Shown piece by piece: positions 38,449 through 47,653 of a stretch of 59,036 nucleotides of DNA. Position 1 is the first letter of the stretch. Each line of letters begins with the position of its first letter. The stretch lies in NCBI GenBank assembly GCA_036351675.1, contig JAZBPO010000255.1:1-59036 (forward strand), in the 5' to 3' direction. The DNA is from Pseudomonadales bacterium. GTDB taxonomy: Bacteria > Pseudomonadota > Gammaproteobacteria > Pseudomonadales > Azotimanducaceae. The position numbers and the translations under genes are program-made. Under the pieces are notes generated by a model. The model ran no database searches. It saw only the letters and a list, made by a program, of their open reading frames with translations, and was not told the DNA's origin.

Positions 38449-40782
38449 ATGACGAGTCAGACCACCACCTATCAACTCGCGCCGCGGAGCGCCCACCTTC
38501 TGCTCGAATGGCCGCGGCTCACGCTGCTCGTCGCGGTCCTGACGGTCATCGTGGCGGCGGCCGGGCTGGCCGGCGTCTCGAAGGACCCCTCCGTGGACGC
38601 TTTCGTTCCCGGCGACCACCCCGCCGCCCTGGCGCGGGACCGCGCCCGCGAGTACTTCGGTCTGGAAGACCCGATCGTGGTCGGTCTCGCGGCGCCTGCG
38701 GGAGAGCATGCCTTCACGCCGGCGCGGCTGGAAGCGCTCCGGCGGATCGACGAGGGCGTCCGGCGGATCGAGGGCGTGCGCAAGCCGGACGTCGTCAGCC
38801 TGGCCACGGAGCGCGCGATCTCGGGCGACGACGGAGATCTCCTGGTCGATCCGATCCTCGAGGACGGCCCGCTGTCACCGGCGACGGCCGAGCTGGCCCG
38901 CGAGCGCTTCCGGTCCATGCCGATGCTCTCCGGCCTGCTGGCGTCCGCCGGGGAGGATCTGCTGACGGTGCTCGTGCCGGTCGAGGATCCGAATCACGCT
39001 CAGGAGGAGGTCCGGGCCGTGATCGAGCTCGCGGAGCAGGAGGCGGGCGCCGTCTTCGACGTGCACGTGGCGGGCGTGGCGGCCATGAACGCGCGGCTCG
39101 CGTCCATGGTCGACACGGACACCCGGATCTTCGTGCCCGCGGCCGTCGTCACGGTGCTGCTGATCCTCCTGCTCGCGCTCAGACGACCCGTGGCGCTCCT
39201 CGGGCCGCTCTTCGTCATCGCCGGCGCCGCGGCGGTGGCGATCGGGCTCATGGGCTGGGTCGGTGCCCGCTACTACCTGATCACGACGGCGCTCCCCGTC
39301 GTCATCATGGCCATCGCCGTCGCGGACTGCCTGCATCTCGGCACCTACTACCTGCGCGCGCGGGCGGAGGACGTCGCGTGTTCCGCAGAGGACGCCGTGC
39401 GTGCCGCGATCGCCCGCGCCTGGCTGCCGATCACGCTCACGAGCGTCACCACGATCGCCGCCTTCCTGGGCCTGTCATCCGGCGCTGCGATGCGCCCGAT
39501 CAGCGAGTTCGGACTCTTCGCAGCGGTCGGCGTCGCCGCCGCCTGGGTGCTCAGCCTGACCGCGCTGCCCGCGATTCTCGTGCTCACGGACCTCCGGCCT
39601 TCGACGGGCCGGGGATCCGTGGCGCGGGACGGTACGATCGACGCGGCGGTCCGGCGTGTGACGGCGCTCGCGTTCCGCTATCCGATCCGGGCGCTCGCGG
39701 GCGTGCTGCTGCTGGCGAACGTTCTCGGCGGCCTCGCGTTGCAGGCCGAGTTCGACTACGAGCGGCAACGCTACTTCACGGCGGGAGACCCGGTGCGTGT
39801 CGCCGATCGCGAGATCAACGCGCGGCTCGGTGGCGTGAACTTCCTCGACGTGGTCGTCACCGCTTCGGAGCCGGGCGGACTGCTGGAGCCGCAGGTCATG
39901 CAGGCGATGGCGGAGCTGCGCGCGGAGATGGCGGCGCTGCCGCTGGCGGTCAAGGCGACGGGAATCGACGAGTACATCTCGCTCATGCACCAGGTGCTGA
40001 CCGGCGCGTCGCCGGGCAGCCTGCCGACGGGGGCGCGCGCGCCGGGGCAGTATCTGTTCCTCTACGAGGCGTCGGCGCCTCCGGAAGACTTCAAGCAGCA
40101 GATCGACTACGACCAGCAGCACGCACTGCTTCGGGCACAGCTGTCGACGGACCGCTACTCGCAGACGGTCGGTTCCGTGGACGCGCTCGAGGCGCTGGTC
40201 ACCGACTGGAGTGCGCGTACGGGTCTCGCGGCAGCGGTCAGCGGTCGCGTCGCCGTGAATGACGGCTGGATGCGCGAACTCGCGCGGACTCACGTACGGG
40301 GGCTGCTCGTCGCCGTGGCGCTGGTGCTGCTCGCCTCCGCCGTGGCATTCCGATCGCTGCGCTACGGGGTCTTCGCCATGATCCCCGTGCTCGTCGGTGT
40401 CGTCAGCGTGTACGCCACCATGGGCGCCTTCGGGATCGACATCGCACCGGCCACGTCCATGACCGCCGCCATCGCCACGGGGCTCGGTGTGGACTTCGGG
40501 ATCCACCTGCTCTCGCTGGTGCGTCAGCGCCGCCGGGAAGGCGCGCACGGTCTCGAGGCCTTCTCCGGCAGCTACACGGTCGTCGCGCGGGCGTGCTTCT
40601 TCTCCGCGCTCGCACTCGGCGTCGCACTGGCGGTGATCTGCGTGTCCTCGGCGCCACCGCTGCGCTGGTTCGGTCTGCTCGTGTCCCTGGGCGCCTTCGG
40701 GTCGCTCCTCGGTGCGCTCGTCGTCGTGCCTGCGCTCTGGTCCGTAGGGACCTCGCTCGCCAGGAGAGAAGACCATGTGTGA
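38449..40782 (+). CDS. RND-superfamily exporter (MMPL / COG1033-like, 12 TM with two sterol-sensing-like halves)
   Basis: 777 aa made of two repeated halves, each with hydrophobic bundles and a large loop. GGGGAG serves as the RBS. Confidence 0.9.
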   Translation: MTSQTTTYQLAPRSAHLLLEWPRLTLLVAVLTVIVAAAGLAGVSKDPSVDAFVPGDHPAALARDRAREYFGLEDPIVVGLAAPAGEHAFTPARLEALRRIDEGVRRIEGVRKPDVVSLATERAISGDDGDLLVDPILEDGPLSPATAELARERFRSMPMLSGLLASAGEDLLTVLVPVEDPNHAQEEVRAVIELAEQEAGAVFDVHVAGVAAMNARLASMVDTDTRIFVPAAVVTVLLILLLALRRPVALLGPLFVIAGAAAVAIGLMGWVGARYYLITTALPVVIMAIAVADCLHLGTYYLRARAEDVACSAEDAVRAAIARAWLPITLTSVTTIAAFLGLSSGAAMRPISEFGLFAAVGVAAAWVLSLTALPAILVLTDLRPSTGRGSVARDGTIDAAVRRVTALAFRYPIRALAGVLLLANVLGGLALQAEFDYERQRYFTAGDPVRVADREINARLGGVNFLDVVVTASEPGGLLEPQVMQAMAELRAEMAALPLAVKATGIDEYISLMHQVLTGASPGSLPTGARAPGQYLFLYEASAPPEDFKQQIDYDQQHALLRAQLSTDRYSQTVGSVDALEALVTDWSARTGLAAAVSGRVAVNDGWMRELARTHVRGLLVAVALVLLASAVAFRSLRYGVFAMIPVLVGVVSVYATMGAFGIDIAPATSMTAAIATGLGVDFGIHLLSLVRQRRREGAHGLEAFSGSYTVVARACFFSALALGVALAVICVSSAPPLRWFGLLVSLGAFGSLLGALVVVPALWSVGTSLARREDHV

Positions 40783-41581
40783 TCAGCTCCGTTCTGCATG
40801 GTGCCTGTGCCTGTTTCTGCTGCTGCCGCTGTCGGCCTGGTCCGACGACGACGCGCTGGCGCTCGCGCGCCTCGTCGCCGAACGGCCGGCGAACGAGGGC
40901 CGTACGGGCATCATGCATTTCCATCTGGAGAGCGACGGCGGCCGCGTCCGGGATCGCCGCGCGCGGATGATCCACTCGGAGCGGGAGGACGTGGAGCGCA
41001 TCGCGATCTTCTTCACGGCGCCGGCGATGATCGCGGACACGGCCTTCCTGAGCCTCGATCACGACTCGCGCCCCGACGAGAACTGGCTCTACCTGCCGGC
41101 GACCGATCGCGTCCGCCGGCTCCCGGTCTCCGAGCGCGGGGACGCGTTCATGGGTACGGACCTCAGCTACGGGGACGTCAAGGACAACTTCAAGTTCCCG
41201 CTCGAGGACTGGGACTTCACGCGCGGGCCCGACGCCGAACGGGACGGGAGGATGCTGCCGGTGCTGCGGGGCACGGCGCGTTCGCCGGAGATCGCGAAGG
41301 AAACGGGCTACGGCGCCTTCGAGGCCCTCGTCGACCCCGTCTCGGCGTTTCCGGTCCACATCCGCTACACGGACCGGGATGGCGATCCCCTCAAGGAAGT
41401 CGAGGTCGAGGAGATCGAGGTCGTGGGCGGTGCCCACACGGCCATGCGTTTCAAAGCTCGCAACCTCCAGACGGGACACAGCACCGCGATCCACTTCACG
41501 GAGATGCGCTACGTTCGGACCGTCCCCGAGGAAGCCTTCGAGCCTGCTTCCCTGTCCTACGGTGTGCCGGAGCTGCGATAG
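40775..41581 (+). CDS. Outer-membrane lipoprotein-sorting (LolA-like) protein
   Basis: It overlaps the RND stop by 8 nt and has a signal peptide. Motifs WLYLPATDRVRRL and FMGTDLSYGDV are typical of the LolA_like family. Confidence 0.8.
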   Translation: MCDQLRSAWCLCLFLLLPLSAWSDDDALALARLVAERPANEGRTGIMHFHLESDGGRVRDRRARMIHSEREDVERIAIFFTAPAMIADTAFLSLDHDSRPDENWLYLPATDRVRRLPVSERGDAFMGTDLSYGDVKDNFKFPLEDWDFTRGPDAERDGRMLPVLRGTARSPEIAKETGYGAFEALVDPVSAFPVHIRYTDRDGDPLKEVEVEEIEVVGGAHTAMRFKARNLQTGHSTAIHFTEMRYVRTVPEEAFEPASLSYGVPELR

Positions 41582-41582
41582 C

Positions 41583-42845
41583 GTGCGGGCCCTCCTGACG
41601 TTGATCGCGCTGCTCGCCGCCGGGCCGGTGGGGGCGAGCGGCATCGAGGTCTCGCGAGTGGCCCTCGAGCTGGAGAGTCAGTACGCGCTGTCGCTCGATG
41701 ACGGTTCCACCAGCCAGGCGCGCGCCATCGTGCGGCCGTCGGTGCGCCTCCAGTTGCCCGCACGCTGGACTGCAGAGCTCGAACTCCGCGGTGAGGTCTC
41801 GGGGAGCGACACGGGTCTGGGCGCGCTCGCCGGCTACGACGACGCGTCGCGCCCCTGGTCCCCCGACGGCGAGGCCCGGGTCGAGATCGAGCAGGCCCTG
41901 CTGCGCTGGCGGCGCGGCGGCAAGCGGCTCACGCTCGGCAAGCAGACCCTGGCCTGGGGGGTGCTCGACGGCCTCCAGGTGACGGATCGCATGGACGCGG
42001 TCCGTCGCCGGGAGGCCTTCTTCACGGAACCGCGGCCCGATCGCATCGCGCGCTGGGGCGCGCGCGCCGAGTTCCGGGCGGCGGGCCTGCGCGTCGATGC
42101 GGTCGTGCTCGCGGACGGCACCGTCGATCAGCTGCCCGGGCCGCAGGATACCTATGCGATCCGTGCCCCGCGGCTTCGAGCCGGTCTGCCTGCCAGCGCG
42201 CCGACGCCGCCGCTCGCCTTCGACGTACCCGACGCGCCGACCCTCGGTCTGCGCCTGTCCCGTTCCTTCGGCGCATCCGAGCTCGGGATTCTCGTGATCG
42301 ACGGTCCGGACACGGAGCCGGTTTTCGTCGACGCGGGCGGTGCCGTCGGCCTGACCTATGCGAGCCGCACGCTCTTCGGCGCGACCTTCTCGCGCAGTGC
42401 AGGGTCGCGTGTCTGGCGCATGGAGGCTGCCTGGGTGCCCGAACAACCGTTCAACCTCGCCGGGCCCGTGCTGACCGTGGACACGCGCAGACGCGTTCTC
42501 GGCGGGGTGGGCCTCGACTGGCGTCTGCCGCGAAGCCTGCTCGTGAACGCCCAGCTCGCCGTGGACCGCGCCTTCGGCGACGATCTCGTGCGGCCGCGGA
42601 CCGACGTCATCGCGACGCTGCGCGCGGAGCGGCGTTTCGCGAACGACCGCTGGCGCCTCTCCTCGGAACTGCTCGGATCCCTCACCGATCGCGACGGTAG
42701 CCTGCGCCCTCAGCTCGAGTGGCAGGTGAACGACATCCTGCGTCTGCAGCTCGGCGCCGACGTGGTCTGGGGTCGCGCGCGTGGACTCTTCGGACAGTTC
42801 GCCAGGACGGACCGCTTCTGGACGCGGCTGCGGCTGACGCTCTGA
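41583..42845 (+). CDS. Putative outer-membrane beta-barrel protein (third gene of the RND operon)
   Basis: GTG 41583 lies 1 nt after the upstream stop and gives the signal peptide VRALLTLIALLAAGPVGAS. The strand pattern alternates. The family assignment is uncertain. Confidence 0.6.
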   Translation: MRALLTLIALLAAGPVGASGIEVSRVALELESQYALSLDDGSTSQARAIVRPSVRLQLPARWTAELELRGEVSGSDTGLGALAGYDDASRPWSPDGEARVEIEQALLRWRRGGKRLTLGKQTLAWGVLDGLQVTDRMDAVRRREAFFTEPRPDRIARWGARAEFRAAGLRVDAVVLADGTVDQLPGPQDTYAIRAPRLRAGLPASAPTPPLAFDVPDAPTLGLRLSRSFGASELGILVIDGPDTEPVFVDAGGAVGLTYASRTLFGATFSRSAGSRVWRMEAAWVPEQPFNLAGPVLTVDTRRRVLGGVGLDWRLPRSLLVNAQLAVDRAFGDDLVRPRTDVIATLRAERRFANDRWRLSSELLGSLTDRDGSLRPQLEWQVNDILRLQLGADVVWGRARGLFGQFARTDRFWTRLRLTL

Positions 42846-42889
42846 CGGGACGGATCGGGGGCGCCCGGTCCGGCGCCGTGTCCGGTCGG

Positions 42890-45277
42890 TCAGCCGCCCG
42901 TGCGCGAGAGGTCCGGAGCTTCCCGGACCACGGCTGCGCTCTGCAGCGTCGGCCACAGTCCTAGCGTCTCCAGTCGAGCGCGCCGATGGACGAGCAGGGG
43001 GCTGGAGGCGATGACGCCCGGAGGCGGCGCATCAGCCGCGAGGTGTGCCCGGCCGTCCTCCGGGGTGCCGTGAGCGGCGATCACCTCGGCTTCGGCGAGG
43101 GCCAGGCGCACTCCTTGCTCCGACTCGGGCCGCAGCTCGGGCAGGGTCCGTCGCGCTTCTTCGAGGGCAGTGGCCGCCTGCGTGAGCGCTCCGGCGTCGG
43201 CCAGGATCTCCACGCGACTGATCCGCGCCGCTGCGACGATCGCCGACCCCGGATCGTCGAAGCGGAGCAGCGTCTCGAGCGCGTCGTCGAGCATCTCGAG
43301 CGCCGCGCGCGTGCGGTCGCGCCGCGCTTCGATCAGCGCGAGGAGCACGAGGGCGCGGCCGGTCTCGGCGCTCTCGCCCTTGCTGGCGCGCGCCTCGAAG
43401 GCGACGGCGCGGGCGAGACGTTCGGCATTGCCGGGATCGGTCCCGCGCCAGAAATCGAACTCCGCGAGATTCAGGCGCCCGGTGTCGGTGCCCGAGATGT
43501 CCATGAGCGGGTTCGCCTCGATGATGGCGACCACTTCCCGCAGTGCATCGTGGGCCCCGGCGAGATCGCCACGTATGCGGCGCATGCGCGAGAGCTGATT
43601 CTGGAAGTACATGTTCACGCTCGGCCCCTGATCCGTGCGCAGACCCTCCTCGAGCAGTGCCTCGGCATTGCGCAGGTCCGCTTCTTCTCGGGTCGCACCG
43701 GCAAGCTGCGTCGCGGCGGCGATGTGATCGGCGCTGCCGCGGTCGTAGCTCGCGGCGTACCAGCGTTCGATCCGCCGCAGCTGGGGAACGGCCGCATCGG
43801 CCTGGTCGGTCTGGAGGTATGCGATGGCGAGCAGATGCGCGCCGAACAGGACCAGATCCTCGGGTCCATAGCCCTCCTCGACCCAGGGCTCCAGGATCGA
43901 GATCGCCGTCGGATAGTCGTTCCGGAACAGAAAGTGGCGACCGATGGCGTGGCCGAGCTGAGCGGCAAGCTCCGGGTCCTCCTCGCGCAGCGCATGCGCC
44001 TCTTCCCAGCGGGCCTTGAGGATCTCCGTCTGGCGAGCGACGTCGGCCTGCCCGCCGAAGCTTCGCTGCAGCGCATCCGAATAGGCGTTCTGGGCGGCGT
44101 AGAAGAGGTTGGCCCGTTCGAGGAAGAACTCGGCTCGGGCGAGGTTCTCCCGTGCCTGATCGCGCTCGCGGCTCGCGCGCTCGGCGAAGGACATGCTCAC
44201 GAACAGACCGGTGACGAGGGCCGTGGCGGTCGCGGCGGCGAGCCCGCTGGCCAGCGCGTTGCGCCGCAGGAAGCGCCCGAGGCGGTAGCCGCGGCCGCCG
44301 TCGCGGGCCTGCACGGGCCGATGCTCGAGGAGGGCGCGCAGATCGTCGGCCAGGGCGTCGACGGAGGGATAGCGATCGGCGGGGTCGAAGGCGAGACAGC
44401 GCTCGACGATGGCGAGTAGATCCGGATCGCCGAGTGCGACGGCGTCCATGCCGCCGTCCGCTCGCCGCGACGGTAGCGCGCCCGCGACCAGCTGGTGCAG
44501 GAGCACGCCCAGGGCGAAGACGTCGGTGGCGACCGTGACGGCGTCGCCCCGGAGCTGTTCCGGCGCTGCCGTCGCCAGCGTGAGGGCGCGGCTCTGGCTC
44601 CGATCCGCATCGATGGCCGTGGCGATGCCGAAGTCGATGAGCCGCACGGCACCCGTGCGATCCACGAGCACGTTCGTTGCCTTGATGTCGCTGTGCACGA
44701 CGAGGTTGCCGTGCGCATGCGCCACGGCCGCCGCCAGGTCGAGCATGAGTCGGACGACGCCGGTTCGGGACAGACTCCGTTCCCGGGCATGTGCGTCGAT
44801 CGTCGCGCCTTCGACGAACTCCATGGCGAGCCAGGGGCGATCGTCGTCCCCGACGCCACCGTCGACGATGCGCGCGATGCCGGGGTGATTCATGCGGGCG
44901 AGCTTGCGCCGTTCCTCGTCGAAGCGGGCGCGAGGCCGTTCGTCCGTGGTCTCCAGGACCTTCAGGGCGACGTCCTGCTCGTACAGTCCGTCGTCCCGGC
45001 AGGCACGGTAGACGGCTCCGGAACCGCCGAGACCGACCGGTTCCCGGATGCGCCAGACGCCGAGGCGATCTCCCGGGCGCAGGGTGAAGGCATCGGTGGG
45101 CGATCCCTCGACGGAGGTCGCCATGAAGCCGGCTCGGGGTCGGAGCTGCTCGAGCAGTCGGCGAGACTCGGGCGGGAGGGAACCGTCGCCGCCCCGGCCC
45201 AGCAGCTTCGCGAGCGATGCCTCGTCGAGCGTGAGCGCCTCTTCGACCTGAGCCGTGACGAGTCGCCAGTCGATCAT
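42890..45277 (-). CDS. Ser/Thr protein kinase with one TM helix and an extracytoplasmic TPR-rich region
   Basis: ATG 45277. Kinase motifs are GLGGSGAVY, VALKVL, HSDIKATNVLV (Ser replaces the Arg of HRD) and DFGIA. The TM helix is LASGLAAATATALVTGLFV. A long helical TPR-like repeat region follows. Confidence 0.9.
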   Translation of the reverse strand: MIDWRLVTAQVEEALTLDEASLAKLLGRGGDGSLPPESRRLLEQLRPRAGFMATSVEGSPTDAFTLRPGDRLGVWRIREPVGLGGSGAVYRACRDDGLYEQDVALKVLETTDERPRARFDEERRKLARMNHPGIARIVDGGVGDDDRPWLAMEFVEGATIDAHARERSLSRTGVVRLMLDLAAAVAHAHGNLVVHSDIKATNVLVDRTGAVRLIDFGIATAIDADRSQSRALTLATAAPEQLRGDAVTVATDVFALGVLLHQLVAGALPSRRADGGMDAVALGDPDLLAIVERCLAFDPADRYPSVDALADDLRALLEHRPVQARDGGRGYRLGRFLRRNALASGLAAATATALVTGLFVSMSFAERASRERDQARENLARAEFFLERANLFYAAQNAYSDALQRSFGGQADVARQTEILKARWEEAHALREEDPELAAQLGHAIGRHFLFRNDYPTAISILEPWVEEGYGPEDLVLFGAHLLAIAYLQTDQADAAVPQLRRIERWYAASYDRGSADHIAAATQLAGATREEADLRNAEALLEEGLRTDQGPSVNMYFQNQLSRMRRIRGDLAGAHDALREVVAIIEANPLMDISGTDTGRLNLAEFDFWRGTDPGNAERLARAVAFEARASKGESAETGRALVLLALIEARRDRTRAALEMLDDALETLLRFDDPGSAIVAAARISRVEILADAGALTQAATALEEARRTLPELRPESEQGVRLALAEAEVIAAHGTPEDGRAHLAADAPPPGVIASSPLLVHRRARLETLGLWPTLQSAAVVREAPDLSRTGG

Positions 45278-45562
45278 GTGCCTGTGTTCTCCGACCGCCG
45301 AAGAGCGCGCCGCCGCGGGCTGGCGGCGGGCCGGCGGGAGTATCGCGCGCGCACGTGCGCCTGACGAGGCTCCGCGGCTTCTCGCCGTGCCGACGCCGGT
45401 CGCGGCCCGATGCTCGTCGTCGATCCGGGCGCGCGAGCCGCGCACCCGGCGGGGTGACCCCCGGATGGGCGCCTGCGCTGTGGCACCGGCCGCGCTGGTG
45501 TAGGCTCGCGCGGGAGACACCGGCAGGGACTGCCGTGTCGACGGGGTGCGGGAGGCATCGGC

Positions 45563-47461
45563 GTGGACGCGACCCAGCGTGAACGCAGCAGCAGAAAGGT
45601 CCGTCCGGGCAACTGGCTACGGATCGCCCTGTTCAACCTCGTCTTCATCGTCGTGCCGCTCGGCATCTACTTCGTCTTCTACGTCGACTCGCGCATCGAG
45701 CAGATCACCGTGCGCAACTTCCGCGCGCTCGATGCGGCGTCCGAGCGGCTGCGGGTGGTCATCGACAATCTCCCGAAGGTTGCCGGCAACGTTCCCGTGG
45801 GCCTCTCCTCGGCCGCGCTTTCCCAGGCGCGGCGCGTCCTGCGGGAAGCCGCGCCGAGCACGGGGCAGAGCGAGCTCGCGGCAGAACTCGCAGCGGCTCG
45901 CTCGCGCCGCGCGGTGGCTCAGCGGCGCGTGGAGGCGTTGTCCCGCGAAGCCTCCGTACCCCGCAGCAAGTCTTCCTTGCAGTCGCTGCTCGACGAGGTG
46001 AGGCAGCAGCAGGCCGCCGTCGTCGGCGATCTGCGCCGGGCGCAGGCGGAGCTGCGCCGCAGCGACGACGAGCTGGCGGATCTCGAGCGGCGCCTGCGCT
46101 ACGCGTCCGGCGAAGCCGACTGCCTCGACAGCTCGGCCATACGGGACCTCGTGGGCCTCGACGCGACCTACAGCGCCTACCTCGAGGACTTCCGTTCCGT
46201 CCCCGGCGCGACGGGCTTCCAGGTCGGTGCGCTGAAGCGTCGCGCGCCTGCCGCGGCGACCGGTGACGCCTGTGCGGAAGCAGCGTCGAAGGAGCTGCGC
46301 AGGCAACTCGACCGGGCCCTCGTCACGACCGCGACGTGCGAGCACGAGGGCGTCAGGCGTCGTCTCATCCTGCAGAGGCCCGAGGGCATAGGCCTGGAGG
46401 TCCGTGACTGCCAACCCTTCGATCGGCGTGCCGAGGCTCTGTCGAGGGCGATCGCGACGGAAGCGCTACGGGGCGTGCTCGACGAGTACGGCGTCCGCAT
46501 CTTCTCGCGTCTCGACACGATCGTGGCGGGCGTCGCGGCGAACGTGGCGCCCCTCTTCGACCAGTACCTGATCACCGATGCGAACGGGCGGGTGCTCTAC
46601 GCCGCCAGCAGCGGCGGTGGTGCATCCCGCGTCGACGACGTCGTCGGCACGCCGAACGGTCGCAACGTCCGGGTCGATTTCGTCAGTCAGGTCGACCTGG
46701 GCGCCCTGGTGCGCAACGAGGCGCGCTCGGCCAGTTCCGCCCTCGATGACAGCCTGGACGCCCTCGGCGCTCGCGCCGGAGGATCGGACGACCGGCCCTG
46801 GGTCCGTTACGGCGTGCACTCGCGCCTCGAGACGATCAGCGTCGCGGACATCACCTTCAACGTCTTCGTGCACCCCTTCGAAGTGCCCGGTGTCGAGTTC
46901 GACCTTGCCGTGGACGACGGAGATGGTGCCGAAGATGCGGGGCGCGGTGACGGAACGCCCGCGGCGCGGCCTCCCGTGCTCTACATGATCGGCATCGTCG
47001 ACCGCGCATCCCTCAGTGACGAGGCCCTGCGGCTGCGCCTGTCCGTCGTCGTCGACGCGCTGCTGTTGCTGGGTGTGCTCTTCACTTCCTTCGCCATGCT
47101 CTGGCTCTGGACCGCCGGTGATCGTCTCGTGCTGTTCACGCGCCACTTCGTGCTCGTACTGGCGACCGGCCTCCTCGGTGCGCTCCTGTACACGCTGTTC
47201 GGCATGCACCTGGTCTCGCGAGGGATCGACGCGAACGCCCTCGACCACAGCATGGCAACGGTCAGCCATCGACTGCGTGAGGGCTTCGCACAGGAGCTCC
47301 AGCGCCGCCTCGCTGACCTCGCGGTCGCGACGGAGGAGATGTTGTCCGGGGACTACGAAGCGGAGGCGGCCGCGTCCTCTCCGGTGCTCAGGGAGCGCTT
47401 CTACTGTCGTCCGCGTGGCGGCTGGCCTCCCGACGACGAGGGGGACGGTGCGCGCTACTAG
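45563..47461 (+). CDS. Membrane protein, N-terminal part of a split ~1620-codon same-frame reading (TM, coiled coil, extracytoplasmic domain, 2 TM)
   Basis: GTG 45563 lies 7 nt after GGAGG. An N-terminal TM (WLRIALFNLVFIVVPLGIYFVFYV) is followed by a coiled-coil stretch (AELRRSDDELADLERRL). It ends at TAG 47459-47461, which is in frame with the next ORF. Confidence 0.7.
   Translation: MDATQRERSSRKVRPGNWLRIALFNLVFIVVPLGIYFVFYVDSRIEQITVRNFRALDAASERLRVVIDNLPKVAGNVPVGLSSAALSQARRVLREAAPSTGQSELAAELAAARSRRAVAQRRVEALSREASVPRSKSSLQSLLDEVRQQQAAVVGDLRRAQAELRRSDDELADLERRLRYASGEADCLDSSAIRDLVGLDATYSAYLEDFRSVPGATGFQVGALKRRAPAAATGDACAEAASKELRRQLDRALVTTATCEHEGVRRRLILQRPEGIGLEVRDCQPFDRRAEALSRAIATEALRGVLDEYGVRIFSRLDTIVAGVAANVAPLFDQYLITDANGRVLYAASSGGGASRVDDVVGTPNGRNVRVDFVSQVDLGALVRNEARSASSALDDSLDALGARAGGSDDRPWVRYGVHSRLETISVADITFNVFVHPFEVPGVEFDLAVDDGDGAEDAGRGDGTPAARPPVLYMIGIVDRASLSDEALRLRLSVVVDALLLLGVLFTSFAMLWLWTAGDRLVLFTRHFVLVLATGLLGALLYTLFGMHLVSRGIDANALDHSMATVSHRLREGFAQELQRRLADLAVATEEMLSGDYEAEAAASSPVLRERFYCRPRGGWPPDDEGDGARY
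47459..47461 (+). other. Single in-frame amber codon separating ORFs 45563..47461 and 47654..50425
   Basis: 47462 is in phase with 47654 (192 nt, 64 sense codons). That interval has no other stop and keeps GC-rich third positions. Confidence 0.9.
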
Positions 47462-47653
47462 CGTTTTCCGCCCTTCGATCTCGCGTTCCTGCTGGATGAT
47501 GACGGGCGCCAGACGCGCTGCCTGTCCTATCGCATCGCGGACACGCCGCCCCTGACGCTCTCTTTCCGCGACTACTTCCGGCGGCCACGGGAGGGGCGCC
47601 TCTGGTGGCCACCGGCTGCGGCACCGGAGGGCGCGGACGCCACGAGGCCGTTC

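Noticed and set aside
45349-45360. Perfect 12-bp palindrome GCGCACGTGCGC in the kinase / giant-ORF divergent region.
   Set aside because: By my rough estimate, 6+6 palindromes of G/C-rich sequence are expected many times by chance in about 59 kb of this composition. There is no second copy or half-site spacing to support an operator.
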